64,000 bases of DNA from an uncultured Gammaproteobacteria bacterium (GCA_963797555.1 CAWCPV010000014.1:384001-448000); one strand, 5' to 3'. Shown: positions 40,515-53,335, counted from the first letter of the stretch. Numbers and translations are program-made. The notes: generated by a model not told the origin, from the sequence alone.

Positions 40515-41375
40515 TTATAGCAAGCCTGCCGCGCCGAGAGACGCCGCCAGGTAGGTCGTGACCGCCGACGTGAGGTGCCGCACCTGCTCCACTTGGCGAA
40601 CCGGCCAGATTCCGATAACACTGCTGCACAGAAAGACTTCGTCCGCACTTTGAACATCCTCCACGCTCAGCGCACATACCCGCACCTCTAGGCCAAAGCA
40701 CGGCGCGTGCTCCAAGATCAGGCCGCGCATGACGCCGGCCACGCCCGACCGCGATACATCGGGGGTGAGCAGGCGGTCCTCCCGGACGATGAACAAGTTG
40801 GTCTGGGTGGCCTCGATGACTCGACCGTCGCCGTCCAGCATGAGGCCCTCCGGGACGTCCGGGTCCTCCCACTCCGCCCGCGCCAGCACGTGCTCCAGGC
40901 GGTTGAGGTGCTTCAGCCCGCCGAGGCTTGGGGAGGTTCCGATGGGGGTTCGGCAAATCCGTACCTTTACCCCCTCCTCCCGAAACACGCTCGGATAACA
41001 CGGGGGCGGGTACAGCATCAAGATGCGGGTGGTCGCCCCGGGACCCGGGCGATAACCGCGGCCGTCCGCGCCCCGAGTGTAGAGGAGCTTGAGCACCCCC
41101 CGCTCGACACCCGCGCAGAGGCTCAGGGCCTCATCGCACAACACCGTGGGATCTGGAGCAGGCATCCCCAACCGCGCACAGCCCGCCAGTAGCCGCGCCA
41201 AGTGCCGATCCCAGTGACGTGGGGCACCGAGCGCGACGTCCATGGTCTCGAACAGACCGTCCCCGTAATGGAGCCCGCGATCTGCGACGGACACCACAAA
41301 TGTCTCCGTACCATCGACCAGTACCCGTGCAGGCAACGCTGAACGGTCAGATGGTAACCCGGAGTGCGTCCTCAC
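40515..41375 (-). CDS. pabC: aminodeoxychorismate lyase
   Basis: DRGLHYGDGLFET, LKHLNRLE, GVAGVMR. Confidence 0.92.
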   Translation of the reverse strand: MRTHSGLPSDRSALPARVLVDGTETFVVSVADRGLHYGDGLFETMDVALGAPRHWDRHLARLLAGCARLGMPAPDPTVLCDEALSLCAGVERGVLKLLYTRGADGRGYRPGPGATTRILMLYPPPCYPSVFREEGVKVRICRTPIGTSPSLGGLKHLNRLEHVLARAEWEDPDVPEGLMLDGDGRVIEATQTNLFIVREDRLLTPDVSRSGVAGVMRGLILEHAPCFGLEVRVCALSVEDVQSADEVFLCSSVIGIWPVRQVEQVRHLTSAVTTYLAASLGAAGLL

Positions 41376-41377
41376 CC

Positions 41378-42740
41378 CTACCGGGCTCCGGCCGGACCCG
41401 ATGGCCGTGCTTGCTCATCAGGAATTTCCAGAGCACGCAGCATTCCTGCGGCCTTTGAGCGCGTCTCCGCCACCTCTTGGTGGCCAACCGAGTCCGCCAC
41501 GATGCCCGCGCCCGCCCGCAAGGACACCCGGCGACCTTCGAGCGTAAGGGTACGGATGAGGATGTTCAGATCCAGGCTGCCATCGCGATTCAGGTAGCCC
41601 ATCGAGCCCGTATAAGCGCGGCGTTCGCAACCTTCCAACTCGGCGATGATCTGCATGCACCGCACCTTGGGGCAACCCGTGATGGTGCCGCCCGGGAACA
41701 CGGCACGAATGACCTGCCCCGGGGTCACCCCGGACCTCAAGCGACCGCGTACGTTGGACACCATATGGTGTACGTGGGCGTAAGACTCCAGTGTCAGGAG
41801 CTCGCTCACGTGGACGGTACCAGGTCTGCTGATGCGCCCGAGATCGTTGCGTTCGAGGTCGACGAGCATGATATGCTCGGCCCGCTCCTTGGGATGCACC
41901 AGGAGCTCGCCGCGCAACATCCGGTCGGTGTCTTGCAAGCGGTGCCGTGGACGCGTCCCGGCGATGGGGCGCGTCTCCACCCAATCGCTGCGCACTCTGA
42001 CCAGGCGCTCAGGAGAGGAACTCAGGATGGTGCATTCTCGCCAGGTCGCCAAGCCGGCAAAGGGCGCCGGGTTGCAGCGCCGCAGCCGCTGGTAAACATC
42101 GCACGCGTTCACGCCTGGCCCCAGGCTTCCCCCCCAGCCGCGGGACAGGTTCACCTGGAACACGTCGCCTGCGCGGATATATCGATGCACCTGCGCCAAG
42201 CCCTCCAGGAAGCGCTCCGGCGGCTCCTCCGCAACCGCCCCAAGGATGCCATCGGGAACGACCGCACTGCACCCCACCTCACTCAGATCCTGTAGCATGC
42301 GCCCGATCCGCTCCTCGGCCGGCTCCTCCGCAACCAGCCACACGCGGTCTCCCACATGGTCTCGGATCATCGCGGCGGGGAAGCGCGTGGCGAACGCTAC
42401 CGGCAGACCCCCCTCTCCCTCCGGAAGGGAAAGGCGCGTCTCGATCTGCGCACTCAGCTCGTACCCCAGGTAGAGGAACCAACCGCCCTCGAAGGGCAAG
42501 ACCCCCTCTCGTTGCAACACCCGGTCGCGCTGCCAAGCGCGATCCAGGTCGTCCAAGAAATCGAAGTCCGACAGCCGCTCCAGCATGAGCGTCTGGCCCG
42601 GGAAGGCAAACAGGATGTCAAAACGGCCATGGGGTCCCGAGGCCGTGCTTTCGAGCAGGTGCGGGTAACGCCAAGGGTGCAGGCGATGCAGTTGCAGCAG
42701 GTCGAGGCTCGAGGATTCCGCTCGCGCGACGCATTGGACT
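41378..42740 (-). CDS. pabB: aminodeoxychorismate synthase component I (start uncertain)
   Basis: AGDVFQVNL, SSSPER, PIAGT, KERAEH.MLVDLERND, FPGGTITGCPK, AGAGIV. Confidence 0.88.
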
Positions 42741-42827
42741 CTGCGTCGTCGGTCTGGACCAACCGCTGAACAGGCACGCACGGACGGCGGTGAATAGTGC
42801 CGACCCCTCGGACCGGCGGCCTCCGCC

Positions 42828-44069
42828 TCAGTGCAGGCGGCGGAACACCAGGGTACCGTTGGTGCCGCCGAAGCCGAAGGAGTTGGACACCACGGCATCT
42901 ATGCGCATGGAGCGCGCCTGGTGCGGGACGAAATCCAGATCGCACTCCGGGTCTGGGTCGAAGAGATTGATGGTGGGAGGCGCTACCTGGTCGCGGATGG
43001 CCAGGACGCTGAACACCCCCTCCGCCCCGCCCGCCGCGCCGAGCATGTGGCCGGTCATGGACTTGGTAGAGCTGATCGCCAGGCGATAGGCGTGCTCCCC
43101 GAACGCCGCTTTCAGTGCCCTGGCCTCGGCCAAGTCCCCCAGTGGCGTCGAAGTCCCGTGGGCGTTGACGTATTGGATCTGGTCGGGGTTCAGGCCGGCG
43201 TCGCGCAGCGCATTCCGCATGCAGCACACTGCCCCCTCGCCGCCTTCTGGCGGTTGGGTCATGTGGTACGCATCGGCACTGACACCGTATCCCACCAGCT
43301 CTGCATAGACCCTCGCCCCACGTCGACGGGCATGGTCGTATGCTTCCAGGACCATCACCCCCGCCCCATCGCCGAGCACGAAACCGTCCCGGTCCCGGTC
43401 CCAGGGGCGGCTCGCCGTCTCGGGATCGTCGTTGCGGGTGGACAGGGCACGAGCCGCCGAAAATCCGCCCAAGCCGAGCGGAGTGATGGCCATCTCGGCA
43501 CCGCCGGCGACCATGACGTCTGCGTCGCCGTAGGCGATCATGCGCGCCGCCTCACCGATGTTGTGGGTCCCGGTGGTGCAGGCGGTGACGATGGCGATGT
43601 TGGGGCCTTTGAGACCGAACATGATGGAGAGGTTCCCCGCGGCCATATTGATGATGCTGCCCGGGATGAAAAACGGGGAGATCTTGCGCGGACCGCCGCT
43701 CAAGTACGCTGCGTGCCACTTTTCGATATACGGTAATCCGCCGATGCCCGAGCCGACCGCCACGCCAATGCGGGCCGCGTTCTCGCCGGTCACCTCCAGG
43801 CCCGCATCTCGGATGGCCTGCGCCCCCGCAGCGACCGCATAGTGTATGAAGACGTCCATCTTCTTCGCCTCTTTGGCGGAGATATACGGCGTGACGTCGA
43901 AGCCCTTCGTCGCTCCGCCGATCCGGCTGGCGAAGCCGGAGGTGTCGAAATGGGTGATAGGGCCAATGCCGCTTTTGCCCTCAAGGATGTTGTTCCATGA
44001 CTCATCGACGGTCAGGCCCACCGGAGACACCAACCCCAGCCCCGTCACCACCACACGTCTCCTAGCCAA
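42828..44069 (-). CDS. fabF: beta-ketoacyl-ACP synthase II
   Basis: [26 protein letters not shown]. Confidence 0.97.
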   Translation of the reverse strand: MARRRVVVTGLGLVSPVGLTVDESWNNILEGKSGIGPITHFDTSGFASRIGGATKGFDVTPYISAKEAKKMDVFIHYAVAAGAQAIRDAGLEVTGENAARIGVAVGSGIGGLPYIEKWHAAYLSGGPRKISPFFIPGSIINMAAGNLSIMFGLKGPNIAIVTACTTGTHNIGEAARMIAYGDADVMVAGGAEMAITPLGLGGFSAARALSTRNDDPETASRPWDRDRDGFVLGDGAGVMVLEAYDHARRRGARVYAELVGYGVSADAYHMTQPPEGGEGAVCCMRNALRDAGLNPDQIQYVNAHGTSTPLGDLAEARALKAAFGEHAYRLAISSTKSMTGHMLGAAGGAEGVFSVLAIRDQVAPPTINLFDPDPECDLDFVPHQARSMRIDAVVSNSFGFGGTNGTLVFRRLH

Positions 44070-44107
44070 CCGACGTCCCTCTCAGCCGCAGGGCCTGAAG
44101 CTGCGCA

Positions 44108-44350
44108 TCAGCCCTCCTGCTGGTGTGCAGTGATGTAATCAATGGCTTGCTGGACGGTGGTAATCTTCTCGGCCTCCTCGTCCGGGATCTCGCATGCGAA
44201 CTCCTCCTCCAAGGCCATCACCAGCTCAACCGTATCCAGAGAGTCGGCGCCAAGATCGTCGACGAAGGACGCCTCGCCGGTGACATCTTCCTCCTTGACG
44301 CCGAGCTGCTCCACGACAATCTTCTTGACGCGCTCCTCAATCGTGCTCAT
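44108..44350 (-). CDS. acpP: acyl carrier protein
   Basis: [20 protein letters not shown]. Confidence 0.98.
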   Translation of the reverse strand: MSTIEERVKKIVVEQLGVKEEDVTGEASFVDDLGADSLDTVELVMALEEEFACEIPDEEAEKITTVQQAIDYITAHQQEG

Positions 44351-44508
44351 GAAAGACCTCCCAAGAAATGCCGCTCGGGCAACCCGAGCTGCGAGCGGTA
44401 GTTTAGTCAAAAACCCGTACCCATTAAAACCCAGCGCATCCTCCAGCAAGCGTTGGCCGTGACGGCATTTCCCCTCCCCTTCGGGCAGGAATTGCCCCTC
44501 GCGCCGCC

Positions 44509-45252
44509 TCAGCCCATGTACATGCCGCCGTTGACGTGCAGGGTCACGCCGGTGATGTACGCGGCCTGAGGAGAAGCCAGAAAGACTACGGCAGCGGCGA
44601 CGTCTTCCGGACGACCCAGTCGTGCTGCTGGGATCATCTGCAACAGGGCCTTCTGCTGCGGCCCGTCCAGCGCGCGCGTCAGGTCCGTCTCGATGAAGCC
44701 GGGGGCCACCGCGTTGACCGTGATGCCGCGCGCTGCGACCTCCCGCGCGAGCGCCCGCGTGAAACCGAGCATCCCAGCCTTCGCCGCGGCATAGTTGGTC
44801 TGCCCGGGGTTCCCGATCTCGGCAACGACCGACGAGATGTTGATGATGCGGCCCCGACGCGCCTTCACCATCGCACGCAGACACGCACGACAGAGCCGGT
44901 ACACCGACCCGAGGTCGGTGTCGACCAGGGTATTCCAATCGTCGTCGCTCATGCGCATCAGCAAGCTATCCCGAGTAATGCCGGCGTTGTTGACGAGAAT
45001 GCTGGGCGGGCCGTCGGTCGCGCCTATGTGCTTGGCCAGCCCCGTGACGCCCTCGACATCCGTGACGTCGAGCACCTCGCCTCTCCCGTCGACGCCCGCC
45101 GCTCGCAGCGTCGCGGTGATACGCTCGGCTCCCTCCCTCGAGGTCGCCGTGCCGATAACTTTGGCACCCTGCCGCCCGAGCTCCAGCGCGATGGCGCGGC
45201 CGATGCCCCGGCTCGCCCCTGTCACGAGCGCGATCTCGTCGTCCAATGTCAT
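44509..45252 (-). CDS. fabG: 3-oxoacyl-ACP reductase
   Basis: [28 protein letters not shown]. Confidence 0.97.
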   Translation of the reverse strand: MTLDDEIALVTGASRGIGRAIALELGRQGAKVIGTATSREGAERITATLRAAGVDGRGEVLDVTDVEGVTGLAKHIGATDGPPSILVNNAGITRDSLLMRMSDDDWNTLVDTDLGSVYRLCRACLRAMVKARRGRIINISSVVAEIGNPGQTNYAAAKAGMLGFTRALAREVAARGITVNAVAPGFIETDLTRALDGPQQKALLQMIPAARLGRPEDVAAAVVFLASPQAAYITGVTLHVNGGMYMG

Positions 45253-45317
45253 GGCCTGAGGATCCTGGTGAATTGACGGGCTCGGACGGGGGCGCGAGAG
45301 TCTCCTAACGGAGCTGC

Positions 45318-46301
45318 TCACGCCGCGACCGTCGCCACCAGCGCCTCGCGCAAGCTTGCACGATCGCGCACGGAGTGCACGGTCAGCGCCGGCACTGTGC
45401 GTTTGGCGAGACCGCCAAGGGCCGTGCCGGGGCCGCACTCGACGAGCGCAGCGATGCCATCAGCCTGCATGCGACGCAATACCTCCACCCAGCGCACGGG
45501 CCTGTACAGCTGAGTGGCCAGTGCCTCGCGAATAGCGCTCGCGGACTGGTGTGTAAGCGCGTCCACATTGTGGATAACCGGAAATTCCGGACGGCCAAAG
45601 TCAACTTGGTGCAGGCGCTCCGTGAAACGCTCGGCAGCGGTCTTCATCAGGCTGCAGTGGGAGGGAACACTTACCGCCAGCCGTACCGAGCGCCTCGCGC
45701 CAGCCTCACGCGCGAGTGCGATAACATGTTCTACGGCGACGGTCTCTCCTGCCACGACCACCTGTCGAGGGGCGTTCAGGTTCGCCGGCTCAACCACCGC
45801 CGCCGCAGGGACCCGGCGACACAGCTCCGCCACCCGCGCATCGTCCAGCCCCAAGATCGCAGCCATCGCGCCTTGACCTTCCGGGACGGCTTCCTGCATC
45901 AACCGTGCCCGCTCGGCCACGAGCGCCACCGCTTGCTCGAACGGGAGGCTGCCCGCGCAAACCAGTGCGGTGTACTCCCCCAGGCTGTGCCCCGCCATCG
46001 CCGCAGGCGGCGCACCACCGGATGCACGCCAAACGCGCCAGGCCGCCACCCCGGCCGTCAGCATGACCGGCTGCGTGCGCTCGGTACGGTTAAGCTCCGC
46101 CTCGGGTCCGTGTTGGGCCAGGGTCCAGAGGTCGTAGCCCAGCACGCCCGATGCCTGCGAAAACGTTTGTCGCACCTGAGCGAAGTCCTCCGCCAGGTCG
46201 GCAAGCATACCCAAGGACTGGGAACCTTGTCCTGGAAATAGGAACCCGAGCGGTTCCTCGCCATACGCCTTTGGCACGATGGGCAGGTAGACTAGCTCCA
46301 T
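45318..46301 (-). CDS. fabD: malonyl-CoA:ACP transacylase (start uncertain)
   Basis: FPGQGSQ, GHSLGEY, VSVPSHC. Confidence 0.95.
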   Translation of the reverse strand: MELVYLPIVPKAYGEEPLGFLFPGQGSQSLGMLADLAEDFAQVRQTFSQASGVLGYDLWTLAQHGPEAELNRTERTQPVMLTAGVAAWRVWRASGGAPPAAMAGHSLGEYTALVCAGSLPFEQAVALVAERARLMQEAVPEGQGAMAAILGLDDARVAELCRRVPAAAVVEPANLNAPRQVVVAGETVAVEHVIALAREAGARRSVRLAVSVPSHCSLMKTAAERFTERLHQVDFGRPEFPVIHNVDALTHQSASAIREALATQLYRPVRWVEVLRRMQADGIAALVECGPGTALGGLAKRTVPALTVHSVRDRASLREALVATVAA

Positions 46302-46378
46302 AGATGTCGGCTGCACGCCTGGAATAAACCCCGCGACTTTCCACGGCACCGTCGCGACCGGATGGCCCTGGTGCATCG

Positions 46379-47347
46379 TCACCAGCGCAGCAGCGCCGAG
46401 CCCCACGTGAAGCCGGCACCGAAGGCTTCCAGCAGCACGAGGTCTCCGCCTCTTACGCGCCCGTCCTTGACCGCCACGTCCAGCGCGAGAGGCACCGAGG
46501 CGGCCGAGGTGTTGCCGTGCTCCGCGATCGTCACCACCACTCGCTCCATCGGCATCTTGAGCTTCTTGGCGGTAGCCGCGATGATGCGTGTGTTAGCCTG
46601 ATGGGGCACCAGCCAGTCGATGGCCGATCGCTCCAGGTTGTTGGCGCTCAGCGTCTCGTCCACGATCCGCCCCAGAGTGTTGACGGCCACTTTGAACACC
46701 TCGTTGCCCTGCATCTGTATATAGGCGCGGCCCTGAGTCAGGTCCGTGTACCCCTGGGAAACACCAACAGGCACCGTCAGCAGCTCCTTGTAGCGTCCGT
46801 CCGCATGCAGGTGGGTGGATAGAACGCCGGGCTCCTCGCTGACCGTCATCACTGCTGCGCCTGCACCATCGCCGAACAGCACGCAGGTCGTCCGATCGGT
46901 CCAGTCGATGATGCGTGAAAGCGTCTCCGCCCCGACCACCAAAACGGTCTTCGCGGCTCCCGCACGGATGAACTGGTCCGCGATGCCCAGCGCATAGATA
47001 AACCCGGTACACACGGCCTGGACGTCGAAGGCCGCACAGCCGTGGATGTGCAGCCGCTCTTGTAAGAGGCACGCGGTGCTTGGAAAGACTCGATCTGGAG
47101 TCGTGGTGGCAACAATGAGGAGATCGATAGCGCCGGCCTTGATACCAGCCGCCTTCAGTGCGCGGCGCGCTGCTGCCTCAGCCAGATCACAGGTACTCTC
47201 GCCAGGCGCCGCGATATGTCGTTCGCGAATCCCAGTGCGCTCCCGGATCCACGCGTCACTGGTGTCCACCATCCGCTCAAGGTCGGCATTCGTGAGCACC
47301 TTCTCCGGCAGGTAGGCACCGGTCCCCACTAAGCGCGCGTGGGTCAA
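46379..47347 (-). CDS. fabH: beta-ketoacyl-ACP synthase III
   Basis: [26 protein letters not shown]. Confidence 0.96.
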   Translation of the reverse strand: MTHARLVGTGAYLPEKVLTNADLERMVDTSDAWIRERTGIRERHIAAPGESTCDLAEAAARRALKAAGIKAGAIDLLIVATTTPDRVFPSTACLLQERLHIHGCAAFDVQAVCTGFIYALGIADQFIRAGAAKTVLVVGAETLSRIIDWTDRTTCVLFGDGAGAAVMTVSEEPGVLSTHLHADGRYKELLTVPVGVSQGYTDLTQGRAYIQMQGNEVFKVAVNTLGRIVDETLSANNLERSAIDWLVPHQANTRIIAATAKKLKMPMERVVVTIAEHGNTSAASVPLALDVAVKDGRVRGGDLVLLEAFGAGFTWGSALLRW

Positions 47348-48366
47348 ACAGCGCGCCTTTCTGCCAGCGCAGGCGTCAGATACTTGCTGATGCGTTGGGG
47401 AACGTCCTTCTGCACCTCCAGCGCCGCCACCCGGACCGCATTGGCAAAGGCGACAGCATCGGCGCCGCCATGGCTCTTGATGATGATGCCGCGCAAGCCA
47501 AGGAGGCTGGCTCCGTTGTACCATCGAGGATCGATGCTGCGACGCAGCGAGCGCAGTGCCGGCGCGGCCACTACCCCCGCCAGACGCGTCAGAAGATTAC
47601 GACTGAATGCCTGGCGCAGGTAGTGGCTGACCAAGCCGGCCGTACCTTCCATGGTTTTCAAAGCCACGTTTCCCACGAAACCGTCACAGACCACAACGTC
47701 GGATGCCCCTTGGAAGATCTGGTGGCCTTCGACATACCCCACGTAATTCAGGTCACTCGCCGCCAGTAAACGCGCGGCCTGCTTGACTCTGTCGTTACCC
47801 TTGATTTCCTCCGCCCCGATGTTCAGCAAGCCGACGCTGGGGCGTTCGATGTTCTGCACCGCCCGGACTAGCACAGAGCCCATCAAGGCGAACTGCAGGA
47901 GATGCTCCGGGGTACAGTCACTGTTCGCGCCCAGATCCAGCATGTGTGTGGATCCTGTCCGAGTCGGTAACGCCGACGTGATGGCCGGTCGGTCGATGCC
48001 GGGCAGGGTCTTGAGGACGAAGCGCGCCATGGCCATCAGCGCTCCCGTGTTGCCCGCACTAACACACGCTTGTGCTGCACCCTCCTTGACGAGGTTGATG
48101 GCGATGCGCATGGATGAGTCCTTCTTGGTCCGTAGCGCTTGAGATGGCAGCTCATCCATCTCTACCCGCTGCGAGGCGTGATGCAAGACGAGGCGCGCGC
48201 CCAGCTCGGCCTTGTTGCGACGCAGTTCCTGAGCCACTATCTCTTGCTGGCCTACCAGTACCAGCTTGAGAGCAGGCAACTCGTCGAGCGCCCTCAGCGC
48301 GCCCGCGACCACCACCCGGGGACCGTGGTCCCCGCCCATAGCGTCCAGGGCAATGGTGGCGTCCAA
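47344..48366 (-). CDS. plsX: phosphate acyltransferase
   Basis: DAMGGD, SAGNTGA, DLGAN, DGFVGN, KSHG. Confidence 0.96.
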   Translation of the reverse strand: MDATIALDAMGGDHGPRVVVAGALRALDELPALKLVLVGQQEIVAQELRRNKAELGARLVLHHASQRVEMDELPSQALRTKKDSSMRIAINLVKEGAAQACVSAGNTGALMAMARFVLKTLPGIDRPAITSALPTRTGSTHMLDLGANSDCTPEHLLQFALMGSVLVRAVQNIERPSVGLLNIGAEEIKGNDRVKQAARLLAASDLNYVGYVEGHQIFQGASDVVVCDGFVGNVALKTMEGTAGLVSHYLRQAFSRNLLTRLAGVVAAPALRSLRRSIDPRWYNGASLLGLRGIIIKSHGGADAVAFANAVRVAALEVQKDVPQRISKYLTPALAERRAV

Positions 48367-48369
48367 AGC

Positions 48370-48546
48370 TCAGTCTTTGCCTTGGATGACCTTGCGCCCG
48401 CGATAATAGCCCGAGGGGCTCAGATGGTGACGCCGATGGGTCTCTCCCGTCGCCGGGTCGGCGGATAGCGTGGGCGTCTTGAGAGCATCATGGGCGCGAC
48501 GCATACCGCGCCTGGAGGGCGTCTTGCGACTTTTCTGTACTGCCAT
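48370..48546 (-). CDS. rpmF: 50S ribosomal protein L32
   Basis: Manual translation [20 protein letters not shown]...GETHRRHH...GYYRGRKV (below the ORF-track cutoff). Confidence 0.95.
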   Translation of the reverse strand: MAVQKSRKTPSRRGMRRAHDALKTPTLSADPATGETHRRHHLSPSGYYRGRKVIQGKD

Positions 48547-48573
48547 GCAGGGGCACTCCTCGAAAGGTTGTGT

Positions 48574-49089
48574 TCACTCCGAGCCATGCGGCTCCTTGAG
48601 CCGGGCCAGCACGGCGAAGGGACCGTCGCGTGCCGGGCCGACTGCCATCTCCGCAGGGACCTCAGCGTCGCATACCGCCCGCGGATGGAGCGGCGCGATT
48701 GGTAAGGACAGGATGAGATCGTCCTCCACCATTGCCGCCAGCGCGATAGACCGCGACTCCAGCAACAGCGGTTCGTAGCATTCGGGCAAGCACTCCGCCT
48801 GCGCTTCAGAATCCACTATTCCCAGAGACATGCGGCTCTGCACGGAAATCTCCAGCGGCCTCAGACACCGTTGGCAAGTCAGCCTCAGCCGCGCTTGCAC
48901 CGTCCCCGCGACGTAGGGCGTGCCAACACCGTCTATCCCGAACGCCAAATCCACATGAGCCGCACCCTCCGCACTCAGCAGACTCCGCCCCAATCGGGGC
49001 ATCTGCGACAGTGGTATGTCACCCTGCAGGCTGCGCCCCTGATCGGCTAAGCGGCGAGGATCGATGCGTTGAGGCAGGCGGTACAACAT
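48574..49089 (-). CDS. yceD: DUF177/YceD protein
   Basis: CQRCL, VEDDLILSLP, PFAVLA.LK; upstream of rpmF. Confidence 0.92.
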   Translation of the reverse strand: MLYRLPQRIDPRRLADQGRSLQGDIPLSQMPRLGRSLLSAEGAAHVDLAFGIDGVGTPYVAGTVQARLRLTCQRCLRPLEISVQSRMSLGIVDSEAQAECLPECYEPLLLESRSIALAAMVEDDLILSLPIAPLHPRAVCDAEVPAEMAVGPARDGPFAVLARLKEPHGSE

Positions 49090-49294
49090 AAATTTGCAAA
49101 CATATACGCATTCTCCCCTCTCTGTCAAAAAGAACCGGGTTCACCAACGCACGGGCTGCTATTATAAGCGAATCTTCGTTTACCTCTGGGACCGATGGGT
49201 CTCGCAGCTTGAACTAGCGCTCGGCATCCCGACGCCGCGAGGACCAGCGGCACGGCCTGGAAACGTCGTACCCTCGAAATCTCCCCAAAGGCCA

Positions 49295-49873
49295 ATGAGC
49301 CCCCTGGTACTGGCGTCCACCTCGCCGTTCCGGCGACAGCTTCTGGCGCGTTTGGGCCTGGAGTTCCGTGCAGTCGCGCCCCATACCGACGAACGCCAAC
49401 GACCGGGCGAGAGCCCGGAACGACTTTGTTTGCGTCTGGCCGAGGAGAAGGCGCGATCGGTGGCCTCGGCTTATCCCAACGATCTAATCATCGGCTCAGA
49501 CCAAGTGGCCGTGCTGTCCGGCCAGGTCATGGGGAAGCCAATCAGCCATGAGGCGGCTGTCGACCAACTGCGCCAGGCATCAGGTCGTACCATGACGTTC
49601 TGGACCGCGTTATGCCTGCTGAATAGTGGCGCCGACCGGATACAGCGCGAAGTCGCACCCTACCGGGTGCTGTTCCGCTCCCTCACCTCTGACCAGATTG
49701 AACGCTATCTGGAGCGCGACCAGCCTTACCACTGCGCCGGCGCGATTAGGTCCGAGGCGCTCGGCATCGCTCTGATAGAACGTATGGAGGGTGCAGACCC
49801 CACTGCCTTGGTGGGACTGCCTCTCATCGCCCTCGTCACGATGTTGCAGCGAGAAGGAGTCAACATACCCTGA
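49295..49873 (+). CDS. Maf-family nucleotide pyrophosphatase (YceF-like)
   Basis: LVLASTSPFRR.LL, IGSDQ, GKP, CAG. Confidence 0.92.
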   Translation: MSPLVLASTSPFRRQLLARLGLEFRAVAPHTDERQRPGESPERLCLRLAEEKARSVASAYPNDLIIGSDQVAVLSGQVMGKPISHEAAVDQLRQASGRTMTFWTALCLLNSGADRIQREVAPYRVLFRSLTSDQIERYLERDQPYHCAGAIRSEALGIALIERMEGADPTALVGLPLIALVTMLQREGVNIP

Positions 49874-49965
49874 GTCGGCGCTGGTCGGTCCAGCCACTTC
49901 CATCCACGGCCCCGGTATCAGCGCCGCTGCGAGAGGGTAACCAGGAGTCGCGACTTGCTCCGAAA

Positions 49966-49994
49966 CACTGGTAAAATCCCTAGCGGGCGTGGCC
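49966..49994 (+). promoter_or_regulatory. JUMPstart/ops-like element
   Basis: CACTGGTAAAATCCCTAGCGGGCGTGGCC upstream of sugar-nucleotide genes; imperfect match. Confidence 0.35.
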
Positions 49995-50131
49995 CTTGTC
50001 TTTACATCGGCTAACCGGGTACGGCTCGTGGTAACGCCAACTCCAAGGCCGGCATCTCCGTACGCGGTTCCACTGCAAGCGCTCTGCGCCGACCGCGGAC
50101 CGCGACTAAACGAGGGGGGGTCATCACGCAC

Positions 50132-50791
50132 ATGCGAGGCAAGACACGGCAGGAAAGTAAGCCTGAGGTCGGTCCTGTCATCGCCGGCCGGTCAGACAAC
50201 ACTGTGTGGCACCACGCGACGGTGACGCGGGCACGCCGCCAGCGCCAGAACGGGCACCGTAGCGCCATTCTCTGGTTCACCGGCCTCTCTGGCGCCGGCA
50301 AGTCGACGCTCGCGCACGCAGTGGAGGAGGAGTTGCACCAGATCGGTTGCCGGACGTTCGTGTTCGATGGCGACAACGTCCGCCACGGTCTCTGCGGCGA
50401 CCTCGGATTCTCTGCGGAGGACCGCGCGGAAAACATCCGGCGTATCGGCGAGATGGCCAAGCTATTCATCGAGGCTGGGGTCATCGCCCTTACGGCCTTC
50501 ATCTCTCCCTACCGGGCGGACCGCGGCCGCGTGCGTTTCTCGGTGGGGGAAGGCGATTTCATCGAGATTTACTGCAAGTGCTCGCTGGAGGTCTGTGAAC
50601 GCCGGGACGTCAAGGGTCTCTATCAGCGTGCGCGGGCCGGAAAGATCCCCGAATTCACCGGCATCTCGTCGCCCTACGAAGAGCCGGAGCATCCCGAGTT
50701 GGCTATCGACACGGCCGAGACGACATTGGAAGAGTCCGTGGTTCAAGTCCTGTCCTTCCTGCGACAACAGCGCATCATCGAGGCGCCTTGA
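50132..50791 (+). CDS. cysC: adenylyl-sulfate kinase
   Basis: [37 protein letters not shown]. Confidence 0.96.
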   Translation: MRGKTRQESKPEVGPVIAGRSDNTVWHHATVTRARRQRQNGHRSAILWFTGLSGAGKSTLAHAVEEELHQIGCRTFVFDGDNVRHGLCGDLGFSAEDRAENIRRIGEMAKLFIEAGVIALTAFISPYRADRGRVRFSVGEGDFIEIYCKCSLEVCERRDVKGLYQRARAGKIPEFTGISSPYEEPEHPELAIDTAETTLEESVVQVLSFLRQQRIIEAP

Positions 50792-51921
50792 ACCGACGCG
50801 CGCTCATCACCGGCATCACCGGCCAGGACGGAGCCTACCTCGCATCTTTTCTGCTGGACAAGGGCTACGAAGTCCATGGTATCAAGCGCCGAACCTCGCT
50901 GTTCAACACGGATCGCATCGACCACCTCTATCAGGACCCCCACGAGTTTCCGCGGCGGCTCATCCTCCATTATGGGGATATGACAGACTCCAGCAGCCTC
51001 GTACGTGTGGTTGAGCAGGTACAACCGGACGAGATTTACAACTTGGCCGCGCAGAGTCATGTGGCCGTCTCCTTCGAAGAGCCGGAGTACACCGCCGACT
51101 CCGATGCGCTGGGTACCCTGCGCCTCCTTGAGGCAGTGCGTATCCTCCGCCTGAAGGACAAGACGCGTCTATACCAGGCATCGACCTCCGAGCTCTACGG
51201 GAAGGTGCGAGAGATGCCCCAGCGCGAGACGACGCCCTTCTATCCGCGGTCGCCATACGGAGCCGCCAAACTGTATGCATACTGGATCACGGTCAACTAC
51301 CGTGAGGCATACGGCTTGTTCGCCTGTAACGGCATCCTCTTTAACCACGAATCCCCGTCGCGGGGGGAGACTTTCGTTACCCGCAAGATCACGCGCGGCT
51401 TGGCCCGCATCATGCTGGGGCTGCAGGGCACCTTGTACCTCGGCAATCTGGGCGCGCGCCGCGATTGGGGCCATGCCCGCGATTTCGTGGAAGCCATGTG
51501 GCTCATCCTGCAACAGGACGTTCCGGAGGACTTCGTGATCGCGACCGGGCAACAGCACTCCGTGCGCGATTTCGTGGACAGGGCGGCTGCCCATCTCGGC
51601 ATCACTCTAGAGTGGCAGGGGAGCGGTATCGACGAAGTCGGCGTGATCGCTGGCCTCAGCCCCAGCCCGCTGCGAGCCGAAGCGGCGAGCCTCAAGCCGG
51701 GTGCCGTGATTGTGCGGGTGGACCCGCATTACTTCAGGCCGGCTGAAGTCGACACCTTGTTAGGCGACCCCAGCAAGGCGCGAGAAAAACTGGGGTGGTC
51801 ACCTCGGACCCTTTTCGCCGAGCTGGTCGCGGAGATGGTACAGGAGGACGTCGCCCTAGCGGCTCGCGATGCCCTGCTGCACCGGGAAGGCTTCAACGTG
51901 TGCCACAACCGGCTGGAATAG
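50788..51921 (+). CDS. gmd: GDP-mannose 4,6-dehydratase
   Basis: [33 protein letters not shown]. Confidence 0.97.
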   Translation: MNRRALITGITGQDGAYLASFLLDKGYEVHGIKRRTSLFNTDRIDHLYQDPHEFPRRLILHYGDMTDSSSLVRVVEQVQPDEIYNLAAQSHVAVSFEEPEYTADSDALGTLRLLEAVRILRLKDKTRLYQASTSELYGKVREMPQRETTPFYPRSPYGAAKLYAYWITVNYREAYGLFACNGILFNHESPSRGETFVTRKITRGLARIMLGLQGTLYLGNLGARRDWGHARDFVEAMWLILQQDVPEDFVIATGQQHSVRDFVDRAAAHLGITLEWQGSGIDEVGVIAGLSPSPLRAEAASLKPGAVIVRVDPHYFRPAEVDTLLGDPSKAREKLGWSPRTLFAELVAEMVQEDVALAARDALLHREGFNVCHNRLE

Positions 51922-51964
51922 GCACGCTGCCCTCGGACCACCATTCGCGCCCTCTCCCTCCCCA

Positions 51965-53008
51965 GTGCAAGCGAGCGACGCCTCAAGCCCTTCACTGCAG
52001 TGCACGCCCATTGCGCGGGACGCCCGCGTCTACGTCGCGGGACATCGCGGATTGGTGGGGTCGGCACTGCTGCGTCGCCTTGAGCGGGCGGGTTTCCAGA
52101 ATATCGTGACCCGTCGCCACGACGAGGTCGACCTCACCCGTCAAGATGCGGTGGAGGCATTCTTTCGACAGGAGCAGCCGCAATATGTCCTGCTGGCCGC
52201 AGCCAGGGTTGGGGGCATCCATGCCAACGCCACCTGCCCGGCCGACTTCATTTACCAGAATCTGGCAATTCAGACCAACGTCATCCACGCCGCATACCGA
52301 ACCGAGGTTCGACGTCTGCTATTCCTCGGCAGCTCGTGCATCTACCCCCGTCTCGCCCAGCAGCCGATGAGCGAAACGGCGTTGCTCGCGGGCGCTCTGG
52401 AGCCCACCAATGAGCCGTATGCGGTGGCCAAGATCGCCGGGATCAAGCTCTGCGAATCCTATAACCGCCAGTATGGCACCCAGTTTCGCAGCCTCATGCC
52501 CACTAACCTTTATGGGCCCAACGACAACTTCGATCTGGAAGTAAGCCACGTCATTCCAGCGCTCATCCGCAAGTTCCACGAGGCGAAGATCGCCGGCAAA
52601 CCAACGGTTGAGGTCTGGGGCACCGGACAACCTCGGCGCGAGTTCTTGCACGTGGACGACCTCGCGGAGGCTTGCCTCTTCGTCCTCGAGATCGCCGAAG
52701 AGGTGTATGCGAAGCACACGGCCCCGACGATGTCGCACTTGAATGTGGGTACGGGCACGGACATTAGTATCGCCGAACTGGCTCAAATGATAGCCCAGGT
52801 GGTGGACTTCCAAGGGACCATCGTCTTCGCATCCTCCATGCCGGATGGTACCCCACGCAAGCTGCTCGACATCAGCCGCATCACGGCGCTTGGATGGCGT
52901 CCAAGGATTCCGCTGCGCGCCGGCCTGGAATCCGTCTACCGTTGGTTTTGCGAACACCTTCTGGAGCCCGCCCGCCCTCACGACGGAACATCAGTTTCAA
53001 TCCAGTAA
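51965..53008 (+). CDS. fcl: GDP-L-fucose synthase (start uncertain)
   Basis: [46 protein letters not shown]. Confidence 0.96.
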   Translation: MQASDASSPSLQCTPIARDARVYVAGHRGLVGSALLRRLERAGFQNIVTRRHDEVDLTRQDAVEAFFRQEQPQYVLLAAARVGGIHANATCPADFIYQNLAIQTNVIHAAYRTEVRRLLFLGSSCIYPRLAQQPMSETALLAGALEPTNEPYAVAKIAGIKLCESYNRQYGTQFRSLMPTNLYGPNDNFDLEVSHVIPALIRKFHEAKIAGKPTVEVWGTGQPRREFLHVDDLAEACLFVLEIAEEVYAKHTAPTMSHLNVGTGTDISIAELAQMIAQVVDFQGTIVFASSMPDGTPRKLLDISRITALGWRPRIPLRAGLESVYRWFCEHLLEPARPHDGTSVSIQ

Positions 53009-53194
53009 CAGCCGTCCAGCAACTCGGCATCCTGCCTGGTCCTGCCGTTTAACCTCAAGCCGACAAAGCCGGCGAGCTTGTGACGGCGCGCCCATTCCTG
53101 CAGGTTTTTCAGTCCCGACTCGGGTTCGGATCGGGCCGAATGGGTGACGAAGCCATTGGGTGTCGTCGACCAAATAGATTTAGCGGCGCATTAA

Positions 53195-53335
53195 CAGGGT
53201 GTTGAAAAAGTCCGGCCGCAGGCTGCTTTTCGTGTCCGGTGGCCGAGCGCGGCCACATAAGTCGTTGATTCTTTACTCTTGAGTCACCATTGACTGGCCC
53301 CGATCCAATGTCCGCAGGAGTTTTTCAACAGCCTG
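53195..53335. mobile_element. MITE family C (141 bp)
   Basis: IRs CAGGGTGTTGAAAAA / TTTTTCAACAGCCTG with TTAA on both sides. Confidence 0.8.
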
